Shown here: positions 9,701-18,366 of the stretch, piece after piece
Layout of the letters: each line of letters starts with the position of its first letter
How positions within the stretch are numbered: position 1 is the first letter of the stretch
Sequence record: SRR31156797_3892
Reading direction: 5' to 3' (one strand)
DNA: 34,825 bases
The notes under the pieces: model-generated
What the model was told of the DNA's origin: nothing
The model's database searches: none
The model's input: only the letters and a program-made list of their open reading frames with translations
Position numbers and translations under genes: made by a program

Positions 9701-12011
9701 TTGCGACACCGATGCTTATCAGCTTTCAGATGCCTCTGCTGCAAACTTCGATATGGTGGAATGGGAAACATCAGGTGACGGATTTTTCGACAACAGTTCT
9801 GTAGTTAACCCGGAGTACAATCCGGGTCCAGGAGACAGGGCTGCTGGAAATGTTTTACTCACAATGAACGTTGCAGGTATTCCACCATGTGAATTTTTTG
9901 TGTCAGACAACATGAACCTGAATATCCAACCAAGCCCGTCGGCAGACGCAGGCAACGACGATGTAATTTGTGAAACCGAAACCTTCACAGCTGCAGATGC
10001 TATAGCCGAAAATTTTAATGCTGTAAATTGGGAAACATCCGGAGATGGTGATTTTGATGATCCAAATTCTGTAAATCCGGAGTACACTCCCGGAGTTGGA
10101 GATATTGCAGCAGGAGAAGTAGTTTTAACCCTAAACGCTTCAGGTATTGATCCTTGTAATGTTGTCAATTCGGATGACCTTATGCTTACCATCCAGCCAG
10201 GTCCTTTGGCTATGGCCGGCAATGATGGTGAGCTTTGCAGCACCGGTAGTTATGCTATCAATGATGCGTCAGTCAGCAATTCTTCAGCATTTACCTGGGA
10301 GACCTCCGGTGATGGCACATTTTCGGATGCGAATATTATCAATCCGGTCTATTACCCTGGGTTTATCGACCTGTTTACCGGTCATGTTATACTAACCCTG
10401 AATGCTTTTGGTGTTGATCCATGTAACTTTTCAAGTTCAGACAGTAAAGATTTGAACCTCCAATATCCACCTGAGGTAGATGCAGGATCAAATGTTGCCG
10501 TTTGTAGTGCCGATGAAGTCTTGCTGAGTGATGCACTTGTTGATAACGGAGCAACACTTGCCTGGGAGACTTCGGGAGATGGTAATTTTAGCGATCCGGT
10601 AAGTCAAAACCCCATTTACTATCCTGGAGAAGATGATGTAAACAACGGAGCTGCGACACTCACACTGAACGTGCAGGGAATACTTCCCTGTGATGTGATG
10701 GTATCCGACCAGGTTGAGGTTGCTTTCCAGCGAGAGCCCGAATTTGATGCGGGGCCAGATGCCACAGTCTGTGAAGGTGATGTATTTCCTGTAGACATGG
10801 CAACTGGCAATAATTATAATGCCTTGCTTTGGCTAACATCCGGCGACGGAACTTTTAGCGACCAGAATGCACTCAACCCGATGTATTATCCCGGATCACT
10901 TGACACTGAAACAGGTATGGCGACAATTTCAGTATTCGCCACAGGTATTACACCTTGTTTCTACCCGGTACTTGATAACTTTGACCTCATCATCCAATCG
11001 CTCCCTGAGGTTGATGCAGGCGACGATCTTACGACATGCGAGCAGGTTACAATCAGTGGTTCTGCTACCGAAGCATCATCAACGATGTGGACAACTACCG
11101 GTGACGGAACCTTTGAGGATGAGTCAGCTTTAACAACAACATATTACCCGGGGACTGATGACCTGGCAAACCTGACTGTAGAAGTTCAACTTACCGCTTT
11201 TGCCAAAGCACCATGTGCATCTAATGCTACCGATAACGTGAACATTAGTTTCGATTTACCAACAATTGTTGACGACCAGGTAATGGATCAGGAAGTGACA
11301 ACAGGTGGACTTTTAACACTGAATTTTGTAGTTTCAAATCCAGACGGTGGCGATTTCTCCTGGTATAAAGACGGCGAATTGCTTCCAGGTCAGAATACCG
11401 GAAATTTATTCCTGTTAGACGTCAGCCCTGCAGATGCCGGTATTTATCAATGTTTCTTTATGAATACCTGTGATGAGATTTCCAGTAACCAGGCACTCAT
11501 TGAAGTATTGGAACCATTCAGCCAGATTATAAACCTGGATGCAGGCTGGCAGGGAATTTCATCATTTGTAGAACCCAACGAAACTGATATCCCACTGCTT
11601 TTCCAACCGGTAGAAATTCAAATGAATATTCTATCGGATAACCAGGGATTTTACTGGCCGGCACAATCGGTGAACACACTTGGCCCATGGTCAAATGCCA
11701 CGGGTTACAGGATTAAAATGGATGAAGCTGCCACATTGACTATCGAGGGAGAAATCAGGTATCCTAAACAGGCACTGGTCGTTAATCCGGGCTGGACGTA
11801 TCTGCCCGTTAGTTCATCCTGCGCAATCGACGTTGAAGAAATATTTGGAGCAATTCCAGCCATAACCATGATCAAGGATATGGCCGGCTCAGCGGTTTAT
11901 GTACCTGAATTTGGTGTAAATAACCTGGATACACTGGAACCGGGCAAGGCCTACCAAATCTATAATGACAGTGGATCACCCATTGAAATCGAATTACCGG
12001 ATTGTGAATAA
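6720..12011 (+). CDS. Large secreted/surface repetitive protein (14 x ~89-aa PKD/Ig-like repeats, one Ig domain, C-terminal GW-containing domain)
   Basis: Signal peptide. 14 copies of W.T.GDG.F....NP.Y.PG..D. The Ig-like module is FSWYKDG...DAGIYQC. C-terminal LDAGWQGISSF...GWTYLPV...LEPGKAYQI. Very acidic. Confidence 0.85.
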   Translation: MKSRIPSLFLILVFNLSFGLFAFGQTQFQYETKVINGEELVFSYNPEKGSENTRNDYPPIWDNPGGGSSTMGIILKIECNPRVNDVPLEAGDFIGGFYTDDFGELKCGGASPWPGNLGVVMSLVGDNNDTPEKDGFTFQEQIYFRVFSWERMKEYDVDVIEFDPNSLTTDKWFALGLSEVIDLQALVDFDFYISASENPLCFGSDLTLQANEFVGSNGNYQYAWTSDPPGFNFDIPNPPTVTPDETTTYFLTVTDGSNVSDHALTVNVNHEPTVVLAPDVAICEDEIYVASAEASDYSTILWTTSGDGYFVNDNALETAYYPGPVDKANGEVTFTFTAQPISPCLQTASEDQVLEIKQYPSVNAGDDIPGCNSDDGVPITANGIDFENVSWVTDGDGTFDNPNTITTTYYPGPGDLGFGEVDLTVCVEASAPCVGNDCDEVTVEFFNGPSCNAPPQFTRCENQPVQCVGVTFNNDGLLWTTAGDGTFDDPTVINAQYYGGEMDRLNGGTTITLNALPFAPCTQPATKDVNVILTPLPRLTTFGENTDFICPFDDFMQLEADLQHYNSFTWSTNGDGTFTGSNTLSPQYYPGTVDYQNEAFELELTGSPVSPCATSETFNANTIIYSDPEAQIDTENGSAYCGEVDLVAQTDYTIGNNWTTNGDGFFNDPTLLNPEYTPGPQDLEQPESVTITLEAFSPCAGLPAAQDQVQLFFQAEVSVDAGPDAEVCETDEYALASASAAHFDNIDWTTNGDGTFNNPQALNPVYFPGANDIQSGQVELTMTGYSIAPCTLVETDQIMLTITESPEANAGSNTTLCDTDVYEIQDASAEFFTDYFWETAGDGNFNDINNLSPVYTPGPGDIAAGSVELTLQVAGIEPCGFVVSDSQVLTIQKSPIADAGQSSLICDNETLLLEGAFADHFSEIAWITDGDGTFDEPNTINPEYTPGPGDLNSGNVTLTLEVFAIDPCSIMTSDSRVLEIQASPESNAGDDATICDTDAYQLSDASAANFDMVEWETSGDGFFDNSSVVNPEYNPGPGDRAAGNVLLTMNVAGIPPCEFFVSDNMNLNIQPSPSADAGNDDVICETETFTAADAIAENFNAVNWETSGDGDFDDPNSVNPEYTPGVGDIAAGEVVLTLNASGIDPCNVVNSDDLMLTIQPGPLAMAGNDGELCSTGSYAINDASVSNSSAFTWETSGDGTFSDANIINPVYYPGFIDLFTGHVILTLNAFGVDPCNFSSSDSKDLNLQYPPEVDAGSNVAVCSADEVLLSDALVDNGATLAWETSGDGNFSDPVSQNPIYYPGEDDVNNGAATLTLNVQGILPCDVMVSDQVEVAFQREPEFDAGPDATVCEGDVFPVDMATGNNYNALLWLTSGDGTFSDQNALNPMYYPGSLDTETGMATISVFATGITPCFYPVLDNFDLIIQSLPEVDAGDDLTTCEQVTISGSATEASSTMWTTTGDGTFEDESALTTTYYPGTDDLANLTVEVQLTAFAKAPCASNATDNVNISFDLPTIVDDQVMDQEVTTGGLLTLNFVVSNPDGGDFSWYKDGELLPGQNTGNLFLLDVSPADAGIYQCFFMNTCDEISSNQALIEVLEPFSQIINLDAGWQGISSFVEPNETDIPLLFQPVEIQMNILSDNQGFYWPAQSVNTLGPWSNATGYRIKMDEAATLTIEGEIRYPKQALVVNPGWTYLPVSSSCAIDVEEIFGAIPAITMIKDMAGSAVYVPEFGVNNLDTLEPGKAYQIYNDSGSPIEIELPDCE
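7530..11255 (+). repeat. Intragenic tandem repeat region, ~267-bp (89-aa) period, 14 units
   Basis: Trp codons of the WxTxGDG motif are at 7623, 7890, 8154, 8427, 8691, 8961, 9228, 9495, 9762, 10029, 10296, 10563, 10830 and 11088. Boundaries are approximate. Confidence 0.9.
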
Positions 12012-12038
12012 TAATCCAATAAGATAAATTCAGTAACG

Positions 12039-12071
12039 AAAGCCCCGTGATTTTAATCCGGGGCTTTTTTT
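12039..12071 (+). terminator. Intrinsic terminator
   Basis: AAAGCCCCG / CGGGGCTTT stem followed by a T-run. Confidence 0.85.
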
Positions 12072-12118
12072 ACTTTATCCGGATTGGGATATCAAGCGTA
12101 TTCCCCAATATTTTGGTG

Positions 12119-12126
12119 TACATTTG
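12119..12126 (+). promoter_or_regulatory. -7 promoter element for the LytTR gene
   Basis: TACATTTG matches TAnnTTTG, about 70 bp upstream of ATG 12198. Confidence 0.5.
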
Positions 12127-12197
12127 TTAGATGCTTAAAACATAATACCCGGGTTTGGGGTTAAAAGTATGTAATAAGAAAATCTATTTAAATAAAC

Positions 12198-13040
12198 ATG
12201 AGCACGCAGATTCATCGATGGCTTCAAATAGTTAAACCCGATATCAAGATATTTCTTTGGGTAAGCCTGGGTATTTTCTTATTCATCCTTTTTTACCAGC
12301 CGTTTTCACTTGAGCAGTTTGATTTCAACAACAGGCTGCTGGTTGTTGCAGGCATGGGTGCCATTACATTCCTCCTGATGATCCTAACCCGGTCATTTTT
12401 TCCATATGTTGAACCGTCAGAGACCACATCAAGCCATGCCCATGCTGTTCCCAGCCTTTATAGCAGTCTTATTCTGTTGGCGCTGGGTTCTGCAGCTTTT
12501 GCATTTTACATCAGGTATGTTGGTTTTGTTGAGATCACCTTTTTTGTGATGTTTAAGGTAATTTTTATTTGCCTGGTGCCGCCGGTAACTTTGCGATTAA
12601 GCGATACTTTCAGAGAATTAAAACACGACAATGAAAAACTCAGCGCACAGGAAATTAAAAGCGTGAGAAATATAATTGATTCAACAGAAGAAAAAAATGA
12701 GGAACCCGTAACCTTTACTTCAGATAACAATACTGAAAACCTCAGCCTTCTAACCCGGGAAGTTGTCTTCATCAAATCTGCCGATAACTACGTGGAAATA
12801 GCTTATCGTGAAGGTGATAACATCAAAACACAACTTCTCAGGAATACCCTGAAAAAGATCGAGGAACAACTCAAGCCATATCCTGAGTTTATCAGATGCC
12901 ACCGCATATGTATTGTGAACATCCATCATATCGAAAACCTTGAAAACAAAAGTCAAACACACGAGCTGATCATCAAAGGTTACGCTGAGCGGTTACCTGT
13001 TTCAAGACAATACCTGCTCAAGGTAAGGGAAAGCCTGTAG
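12198..13040 (+). CDS. Membrane-anchored one-component LytTR family transcriptional regulator
   Basis: About four N-terminal hydrophobic helices. C-terminal LytTR domain: FIKSADNYVEI...LRNTLKKIE..L..FIRCHR..IVN...LPVSR. No receiver domain. Confidence 0.9.
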   Translation: MSTQIHRWLQIVKPDIKIFLWVSLGIFLFILFYQPFSLEQFDFNNRLLVVAGMGAITFLLMILTRSFFPYVEPSETTSSHAHAVPSLYSSLILLALGSAAFAFYIRYVGFVEITFFVMFKVIFICLVPPVTLRLSDTFRELKHDNEKLSAQEIKSVRNIIDSTEEKNEEPVTFTSDNNTENLSLLTREVVFIKSADNYVEIAYREGDNIKTQLLRNTLKKIEEQLKPYPEFIRCHRICIVNIHHIENLENKSQTHELIIKGYAERLPVSRQYLLKVRESL

Positions 13041-13058
13041 CGGTTCAGGGCTGAATCC

Positions 13059-13166
13059 CATTCGCCACACGCCATGTTCACTGACCGCTCCCGGATGACA
13101 GCAGCCACTTTTGAGGGTCCGTTAATCACAATAATTTTTTTTACAACCTGCCTGCATATACTTTTG
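13059..13166 (+). promoter_or_regulatory. Putative LytTR-bound direct repeats plus -7 promoter of the rSAM-desaturase operon
   Basis: Imperfect 11-mers CATTCGCCACA (13059), CACTGACCGCT (13079), CAGCAGCCACT (13099) and CGTTAATCACA (13120) at 20/20/21-bp spacing. TACTTTTG at 13159-13166. Confidence 0.55.
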
Positions 13167-13201
13167 TTAAAAGATCGATTTACAATAACACCATCAATGC
13201 A

Positions 13202-14701
13202 ATGAATATATTAATGGCATATCCTGAGTATCCGGATACATACTGGAGTTTCAGGCATGCGTTACGTTTCATTTCTAAAAAAGCTGCAGTACCTCCACTG
13301 GGCTTAACTACTGTTTCGGCATTGCTGCCTTCACACTGGCACAAAAAGCTGATCGACATGAACGTGACACCGCTGGACACGAATAGCATCCAATGGGCTG
13401 ATTATGTGTTCATCAGTGCGATGTATGTACAAAAAGCATCCGTAAAAAAAGTGATAAACGAATGTATAAAAAATCACACAAAAATCGTTGCCGGAGGTCC
13501 GCTTTTCACCCAGGAATCTGATCAGTATCCGGAGGTTGATCATTTCATATTGAATGAAGCAGAAATTACATTGCCCATTTTTCTGGAAAACCTGGAATCC
13601 GGCAAGCCCCTTCAACGGATTTATCGAACGGAGGGTTATGCAGAACTGGCTGCAAGCCCTGTACCCGATTATGGCCTTTTACAGATGAAATCCTACGCAT
13701 TTATGAATATCCAATTTTCGAGAGGATGCCCATATGCATGTGATTTTTGTGAAATCACCTCATTGCTGGGCCACAAGTTCAGGATGAAAAAGCCTAAGCA
13801 AATTATTGATGAAATGGAAGCCCTCTATAAACTTAATTGGCGTGGGCCTGTTTCGATTGTAGATGATAATTTTATTGGTAATAAAAAATACATTAAAACA
13901 CATTTACTGCCCCTGATGAAAAATTGGATGGTCACACACAACTACCCTTTCAATTTCAACATCCAGGCCTCTATTGATATGGGCGACGACCCAGAGCTTA
14001 TGGAGATGCTGACAGATGCCGGTTTTGGTTCGGCATTCATTGGCATTGAAACACCAGAGAAAGAATCGCTGGAAGCGTGTAAAAAATTTCAGAACAACAA
14101 CCGCGACCTTCTGCACAGTGTTCAATCCATCCAAAATGCCGGCATCCAGGTTTCAGGTGGGTTTATTGTGGGATTCGACAGCGATACCCCGGATGTCTTT
14201 CAGCGACAGGTCGATTTTATTCAAGAAAGCGGCATTGTTGCGGCAATGGTGGGCCTCCTGAATGCTCCAAAAAATACCGAACTATATCGGCGACTGGAAA
14301 AAGAAAACCGGATCACCGTGGATGCAACGGGCGATAACACGGATTTTTCGATGAACTTCAAACCTAAAATGAATACCCGGGAATTGATGAACGGATACCG
14401 CAGTATCATTCAAAACATCTATGCTGTAAAGCCCTATTATGAAAGGATAAAACAACTGGCACGCAATTATCGCAGCAAGCGGAAAGCTCCAAAAAAAATG
14501 GAGTTTTCATACATCGGGGCATTTGCCAGGGCCATTGCTATACTTGGCGTTTCGAGCAGGGGTCGCACTGAATTCTGGAAATTCCTTTTCTGGACCCTGT
14601 TCAGGCACCCCGCATTTTTTATTGATGCCGTAACATTAGCTGTATATGGTTATCATTTCAGGGTGGTCTACGGAATTTCAAAAAGTAAGTTTAAATCATA
14701 A
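13202..14701 (+). CDS. B12-binding radical SAM protein (HpnP-like, probable DUF4070 C-terminus; class B methyltransferase-like)
   Basis: N-terminal cobalamin-binding domain (YP..PDTYWSF, PPLGL, VAGGP). Radical SAM motif RGCPYACDFC. VDDNFIGN, FIGIET, GFIVGFDSD. Confidence 0.9.
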   Translation: MNILMAYPEYPDTYWSFRHALRFISKKAAVPPLGLTTVSALLPSHWHKKLIDMNVTPLDTNSIQWADYVFISAMYVQKASVKKVINECIKNHTKIVAGGPLFTQESDQYPEVDHFILNEAEITLPIFLENLESGKPLQRIYRTEGYAELAASPVPDYGLLQMKSYAFMNIQFSRGCPYACDFCEITSLLGHKFRMKKPKQIIDEMEALYKLNWRGPVSIVDDNFIGNKKYIKTHLLPLMKNWMVTHNYPFNFNIQASIDMGDDPELMEMLTDAGFGSAFIGIETPEKESLEACKKFQNNNRDLLHSVQSIQNAGIQVSGGFIVGFDSDTPDVFQRQVDFIQESGIVAAMVGLLNAPKNTELYRRLEKENRITVDATGDNTDFSMNFKPKMNTRELMNGYRSIIQNIYAVKPYYERIKQLARNYRSKRKAPKKMEFSYIGAFARAIAILGVSSRGRTEFWKFLFWTLFRHPAFFIDAVTLAVYGYHFRVVYGISKSKFKS

Positions 14702-14756
14702 TCCGGTAAACCGGTAATAAAACAGAATAAGTTTAACATCTATAGAATTTTAAATT

Positions 14757-15845
14757 ATGAGTAAGAACCAGATAAAATTCCCCAATCAAAAGCGTCCTGA
14801 ATTCATCACAGAATTGAGGGCGGATGTAAAATCATATTTCGAACAAAACGGCAACAACAGATTTGGAAACAATGGGCTGATACTAAAAACAGTGATATTA
14901 ATCACGCTGTACTTTGCACCGCTGATTTTGATGCTCACCGGCGTGATCACTTCGTGGCCGCTACTATTACTGGCATGGGCAGTCATGGGTGTAGCCGTTG
15001 CCGGTGTTGGCATGAGCGTGATGCACGATGCCAATCATGGCAGCTATTCGCAAATTCCGCAGGTAAACAAATGGATGAGCAAGACACTTTACCTGCTTGG
15101 CGGATTTCCGGTGAACTGGAAATATCAGCACAATACCATGCACCATGGCTTCACCAATATCGACGGGCACGACGAAGACATCGAACCTGTGGGCATATTA
15201 CGCTTTTCACCACACAGACCACTTCGTAAAATTCATAAATTCCAGCACTGGTACGCCTGGTTTTTCTATGGGCTGATGACCTTTTCGTGGGTTACTTTTA
15301 AAGACTTCAAACAGCTTATTGGCTATAAACGCGAAAAAGCCCGGCTGAATTCCAAAAAGTCGTATAACCAACTCATGTTAACCCTGATCATGTCGAAGGT
15401 GTTTTATTATATTGTGTTCCTTGCCATCCCCATGGTATTGATTCCGGCCCCGTGGTACCTGACCCTCGGCGGATTTTTACTGATGCATTTTGTGGCAGGT
15501 TTGATTCTGGGTGCAGTATTCCAGGCAGCACATGTTGTTCCCACCTCCGAATATCCCCTCCCGGATGAGGAGGGAAATGTGGAGAACAACTGGGCCATTC
15601 ACCAGCTTTTAACCACTTCGGATTTTGCGCCAAAAAACCGGTTATTGTCATGGTATGTAGGCGGGCTTAATTTTCAGGTTGAGCATCATCTGTTTCCAAA
15701 TATCAGCCATGTGCATTACAAAAAGCTTTCGCCAATTGTACAGCTGGCAGCCAAAAAATACAACCTCCCCTATTACGTGGAGAAGAATTTTTCACAGGCC
15801 CTCCGAAGCCACACCAAAATGCTCTATATGCTGGGCAGGGAGTAA
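14757..15845 (+). CDS. Membrane fatty-acid (acyl-lipid/acyl-CoA) desaturase, front-end/DesA3-like
   Basis: Three His boxes (HDANH, HNTMHH, QVEHHLFP) and multiple TM segments. Confidence 0.92.
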   Translation: MSKNQIKFPNQKRPEFITELRADVKSYFEQNGNNRFGNNGLILKTVILITLYFAPLILMLTGVITSWPLLLLAWAVMGVAVAGVGMSVMHDANHGSYSQIPQVNKWMSKTLYLLGGFPVNWKYQHNTMHHGFTNIDGHDEDIEPVGILRFSPHRPLRKIHKFQHWYAWFFYGLMTFSWVTFKDFKQLIGYKREKARLNSKKSYNQLMLTLIMSKVFYYIVFLAIPMVLIPAPWYLTLGGFLLMHFVAGLILGAVFQAAHVVPTSEYPLPDEEGNVENNWAIHQLLTTSDFAPKNRLLSWYVGGLNFQVEHHLFPNISHVHYKKLSPIVQLAAKKYNLPYYVEKNFSQALRSHTKMLYMLGRE

Positions 15846-15912
15846 AAAGGCACAATGCTGATTTGTCGGCTCAAGATTAAAATCGATAAATCGCTATTAA
15901 AATAAATTCTTG

Positions 15913-15947
15913 AAAAGATCCCGGGTCGTTTAGTCCGGGATTTTTTT
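15913..15947 (+). terminator. Intrinsic terminator of the rSAM-desaturase unit
   Basis: AAAAGATCCCGG / CCGGGATTTTTT stem with T-run. Confidence 0.8.
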
Positions 15948-16118
15948 ATTTCCCGGCCAGGCTCGTATTATGTATCAGGATTTTCCATCCATCCTTTATG
16001 ATATATAAGTTTTAAAAAATCATAAATCCCTGATTTTCGAACAGTTTGTGACACTTTTGTGATATTCAGGATTTAACTTTGGATGAAATGAATGAAGACA
16101 AACATAAAATTTGAAATT

Positions 16119-17747
16119 ATGAAACGCTTAGTTCTACTCCTCATTTCTCTTTGCTTAATGATTCCATATGCTTTCTCATACGATGTGAGCGGTGTTGCCA
16201 GGGACGCTGAAACCGGCGAGGGCCTGCCCGGTATTCAGCTCTACCTGCTTACTGAATCCGGGATGGTAAAATTTTTAGATACCAATTCGGATGGTACCTT
16301 TACGTTTACCAATGTAGAGAACGGCAGCCACGAACTCGAATTCCATTATTATGAGCCGGTGATCATCAACGGTGTTTATTATCTGCGTACGGTTTATGAT
16401 GATCCCATTGTGGTTGATGGTGCAAATGTTGAAGACATCATATTCGACATTCCTCCTCATCACCCGGAATACCATGTATCGGGAACCCTGTATGATGCTT
16501 CCACCAACCAACCCATCACCGGACAAACCATCAGCCTGAGGCTCGACTTTTTTTCGCATTCAGGTTTTTTCTTTGCATGGTCGGAGCAGGACGGAACCTA
16601 TAGCTTTAATGATTTGGTCCCCGACTGGGGATACCTTTTTGATGCTTTTGACAATGCGTACTATTACGGTGATCAGATGGAACTGGTGATCGACACCACC
16701 ACGCCGCAGGAAATATTGGTTGACTTTTATCTGGAGCCCAAATCCGGCGTAACAGTAAGTGGGCAGCTTTACGATGTGGAAACCAACCAGCCCATCGAGA
16801 TGGCTAACCGGACAGTAAGGATTACCGCAATTAACTCCTACTGGGCTGAGACCAACGAAAACGGCGAGTTCACCTTTGTGAATGTAACACCGGGATATTA
16901 CGCCAATATTAAGGTAACATCCGAAGATACGGCCTACATAAACTGCACTGGATCATCCATCTACGATTTTACGGTCCCGGAAGACGGGTTATCGGATGTG
17001 GCGCTTTACCAACTAAAATTTGAGACCGTCCATGAGATAACAGCTGATGCAGGAACATTTTCACCCGGAGAAACCGACACCATCAGGTTTTCGCTGGTAC
17101 TGGACGATTTGGTGTATGGTGAAATCTGGGGTGTGGAACTACACTTGCCTGATAATATTGAAGTACTCAACTCAACACCGTTTTACCGGTATGGCGACAA
17201 CAACCAGATATTTGAACGCAAGGAATTTTGCAGCACGGATACCCGCCTGGTATGGGAAGGTTATCACTCAGTGTTTGGATCGGGGAACCACGGGAACCTG
17301 CAAGTACTTAATGATTCGGTTTATGCCGACGTGATCGTCCATTTTGGAGAAGAATTCCAGGAACAGGATGCGGAAATATTTTATGAGGTATTTTACAGCT
17401 ATGCCTGCATATGGCAGCCATTTAGTTTCGGTAACATCATGATTGAGAATGCAGATCTTTCGGTTGGGTTTGATGAAAATCAGCAGGAATCATTTTCAAT
17501 TCGTTCTTATCCAAATCCGGCTTCAAATTTTGCAAATATTCAATTCGAACTGCCTCACCGGGCATACGGAGAAATATCCGTATTTGATATCACCGGAAAA
17601 CAGGTTATACCTGCTACGGCCGACTTTTTTGACGCAGGAAAAAACAATGTTACACTTGATGTGAGCCATTTGATGGAAGGTGTCTACTTTTATACACTTT
17701 CGGGTGGTGCAACACCAACCACCGGGAGGTTAGTCATTGCAAGATAA
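16119..17747 (+). CDS. T9SS-secreted protein with three carboxypeptidase-regulatory/CnaB-like repeats
   Basis: Signal peptide from ATG 16119 (MKRLVLLLISLCL...AFS). Repeats VSG..(Y/R)D..T..(P/G). CTD IRSYPNP...FDITGK...GVYFY...LVI. TAACTTTG at 16074-16081. An alternative start is 16092. Confidence 0.8.
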   Translation: MKRLVLLLISLCLMIPYAFSYDVSGVARDAETGEGLPGIQLYLLTESGMVKFLDTNSDGTFTFTNVENGSHELEFHYYEPVIINGVYYLRTVYDDPIVVDGANVEDIIFDIPPHHPEYHVSGTLYDASTNQPITGQTISLRLDFFSHSGFFFAWSEQDGTYSFNDLVPDWGYLFDAFDNAYYYGDQMELVIDTTTPQEILVDFYLEPKSGVTVSGQLYDVETNQPIEMANRTVRITAINSYWAETNENGEFTFVNVTPGYYANIKVTSEDTAYINCTGSSIYDFTVPEDGLSDVALYQLKFETVHEITADAGTFSPGETDTIRFSLVLDDLVYGEIWGVELHLPDNIEVLNSTPFYRYGDNNQIFERKEFCSTDTRLVWEGYHSVFGSGNHGNLQVLNDSVYADVIVHFGEEFQEQDAEIFYEVFYSYACIWQPFSFGNIMIENADLSVGFDENQQESFSIRSYPNPASNFANIQFELPHRAYGEISVFDITGKQVIPATADFFDAGKNNVTLDVSHLMEGVYFYTLSGGATPTTGRLVIAR

Positions 17748-18221
17748 TCACCAGAGCAGTTCCAACTCCCTGGTATAATCAAATTGCAAATCCTCGTGCA
17801 ACCTGCTAACGGCTTTCTTGATTAGAACCAACTGTCTTTCCAGGGTGTTCCTCAGCACGGCGCTTCGCCTTAAAAAGGGTTTTAATGCATTGAGGCGCTT
17901 ACAAAAATGAATGCGCAATTCTACTTCGGTTTGTTTTTGCCCCGAAAACCGGATGTGCTTGTTTGTATTCTTCACAATCTTGCGCACACTTTTCTTTGCA
18001 TAATACACATTTGATTTATTGATTTCTTCAAATTCCTTGTCCATTTCGGATTTGATCATAGCGATGAAGGTATCCTCATCTTCGGCTTCAAGCAACAGGT
18101 AGGTGAGTAACTCTTTGTTCTCTTTTTTAAACCGTGCCAGCCGTAGGCATAGTTCGAATAAAACTTCCGGCTTGCGTTGTTTCAATTCATGTTTGATGAG
18201 CGATAGTGGTGCAGCTTCCAT
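17748..18221 (-). CDS. Conserved hypothetical protein (Bacteroidota-type, 157 aa, basic, helical)
   Basis: From ATG 18221: MEAAPLSLIKHELK...CLRLARFKKENKELLTYLL...KKSVRKI...LHEDLQFDY, a pattern I recognise as a widespread Bacteroidota hypothetical. The upstream extension to 18413 overlaps the GH92 start and is unlikely. Confidence 0.75.
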   Translation of the reverse strand: MEAAPLSLIKHELKQRKPEVLFELCLRLARFKKENKELLTYLLLEAEDEDTFIAMIKSEMDKEFEEINKSNVYYAKKSVRKIVKNTNKHIRFSGQKQTEVELRIHFCKRLNALKPFLRRSAVLRNTLERQLVLIKKAVSRLHEDLQFDYTRELELLW

Positions 18222-18366
18222 AAGTATTTGATATCTTGAACAAAAGAAATAATTTTTCCTGACAGAGAATTTTAAAGCATAGATTAAGTGGGCAGCGCTT
18301 AATAATTCGAAACCGTTGTGAACCACATTTCTAATTATCTTTGCCTTGAACCAAACCGGGGGGATT

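Noticed and set aside
9719-10243. 174-aa antisense ORF and other reverse ORFs inside the repeat gene
   Set aside because: These are shadows of the repetitive sense frame with no independent protein features.
13202-14701. Assigning the symbol hpnP (hopanoid C-2 methylase)
   Set aside because: The similarity is family-level only and no hopanoid genes are nearby, so the substrate cannot be inferred.
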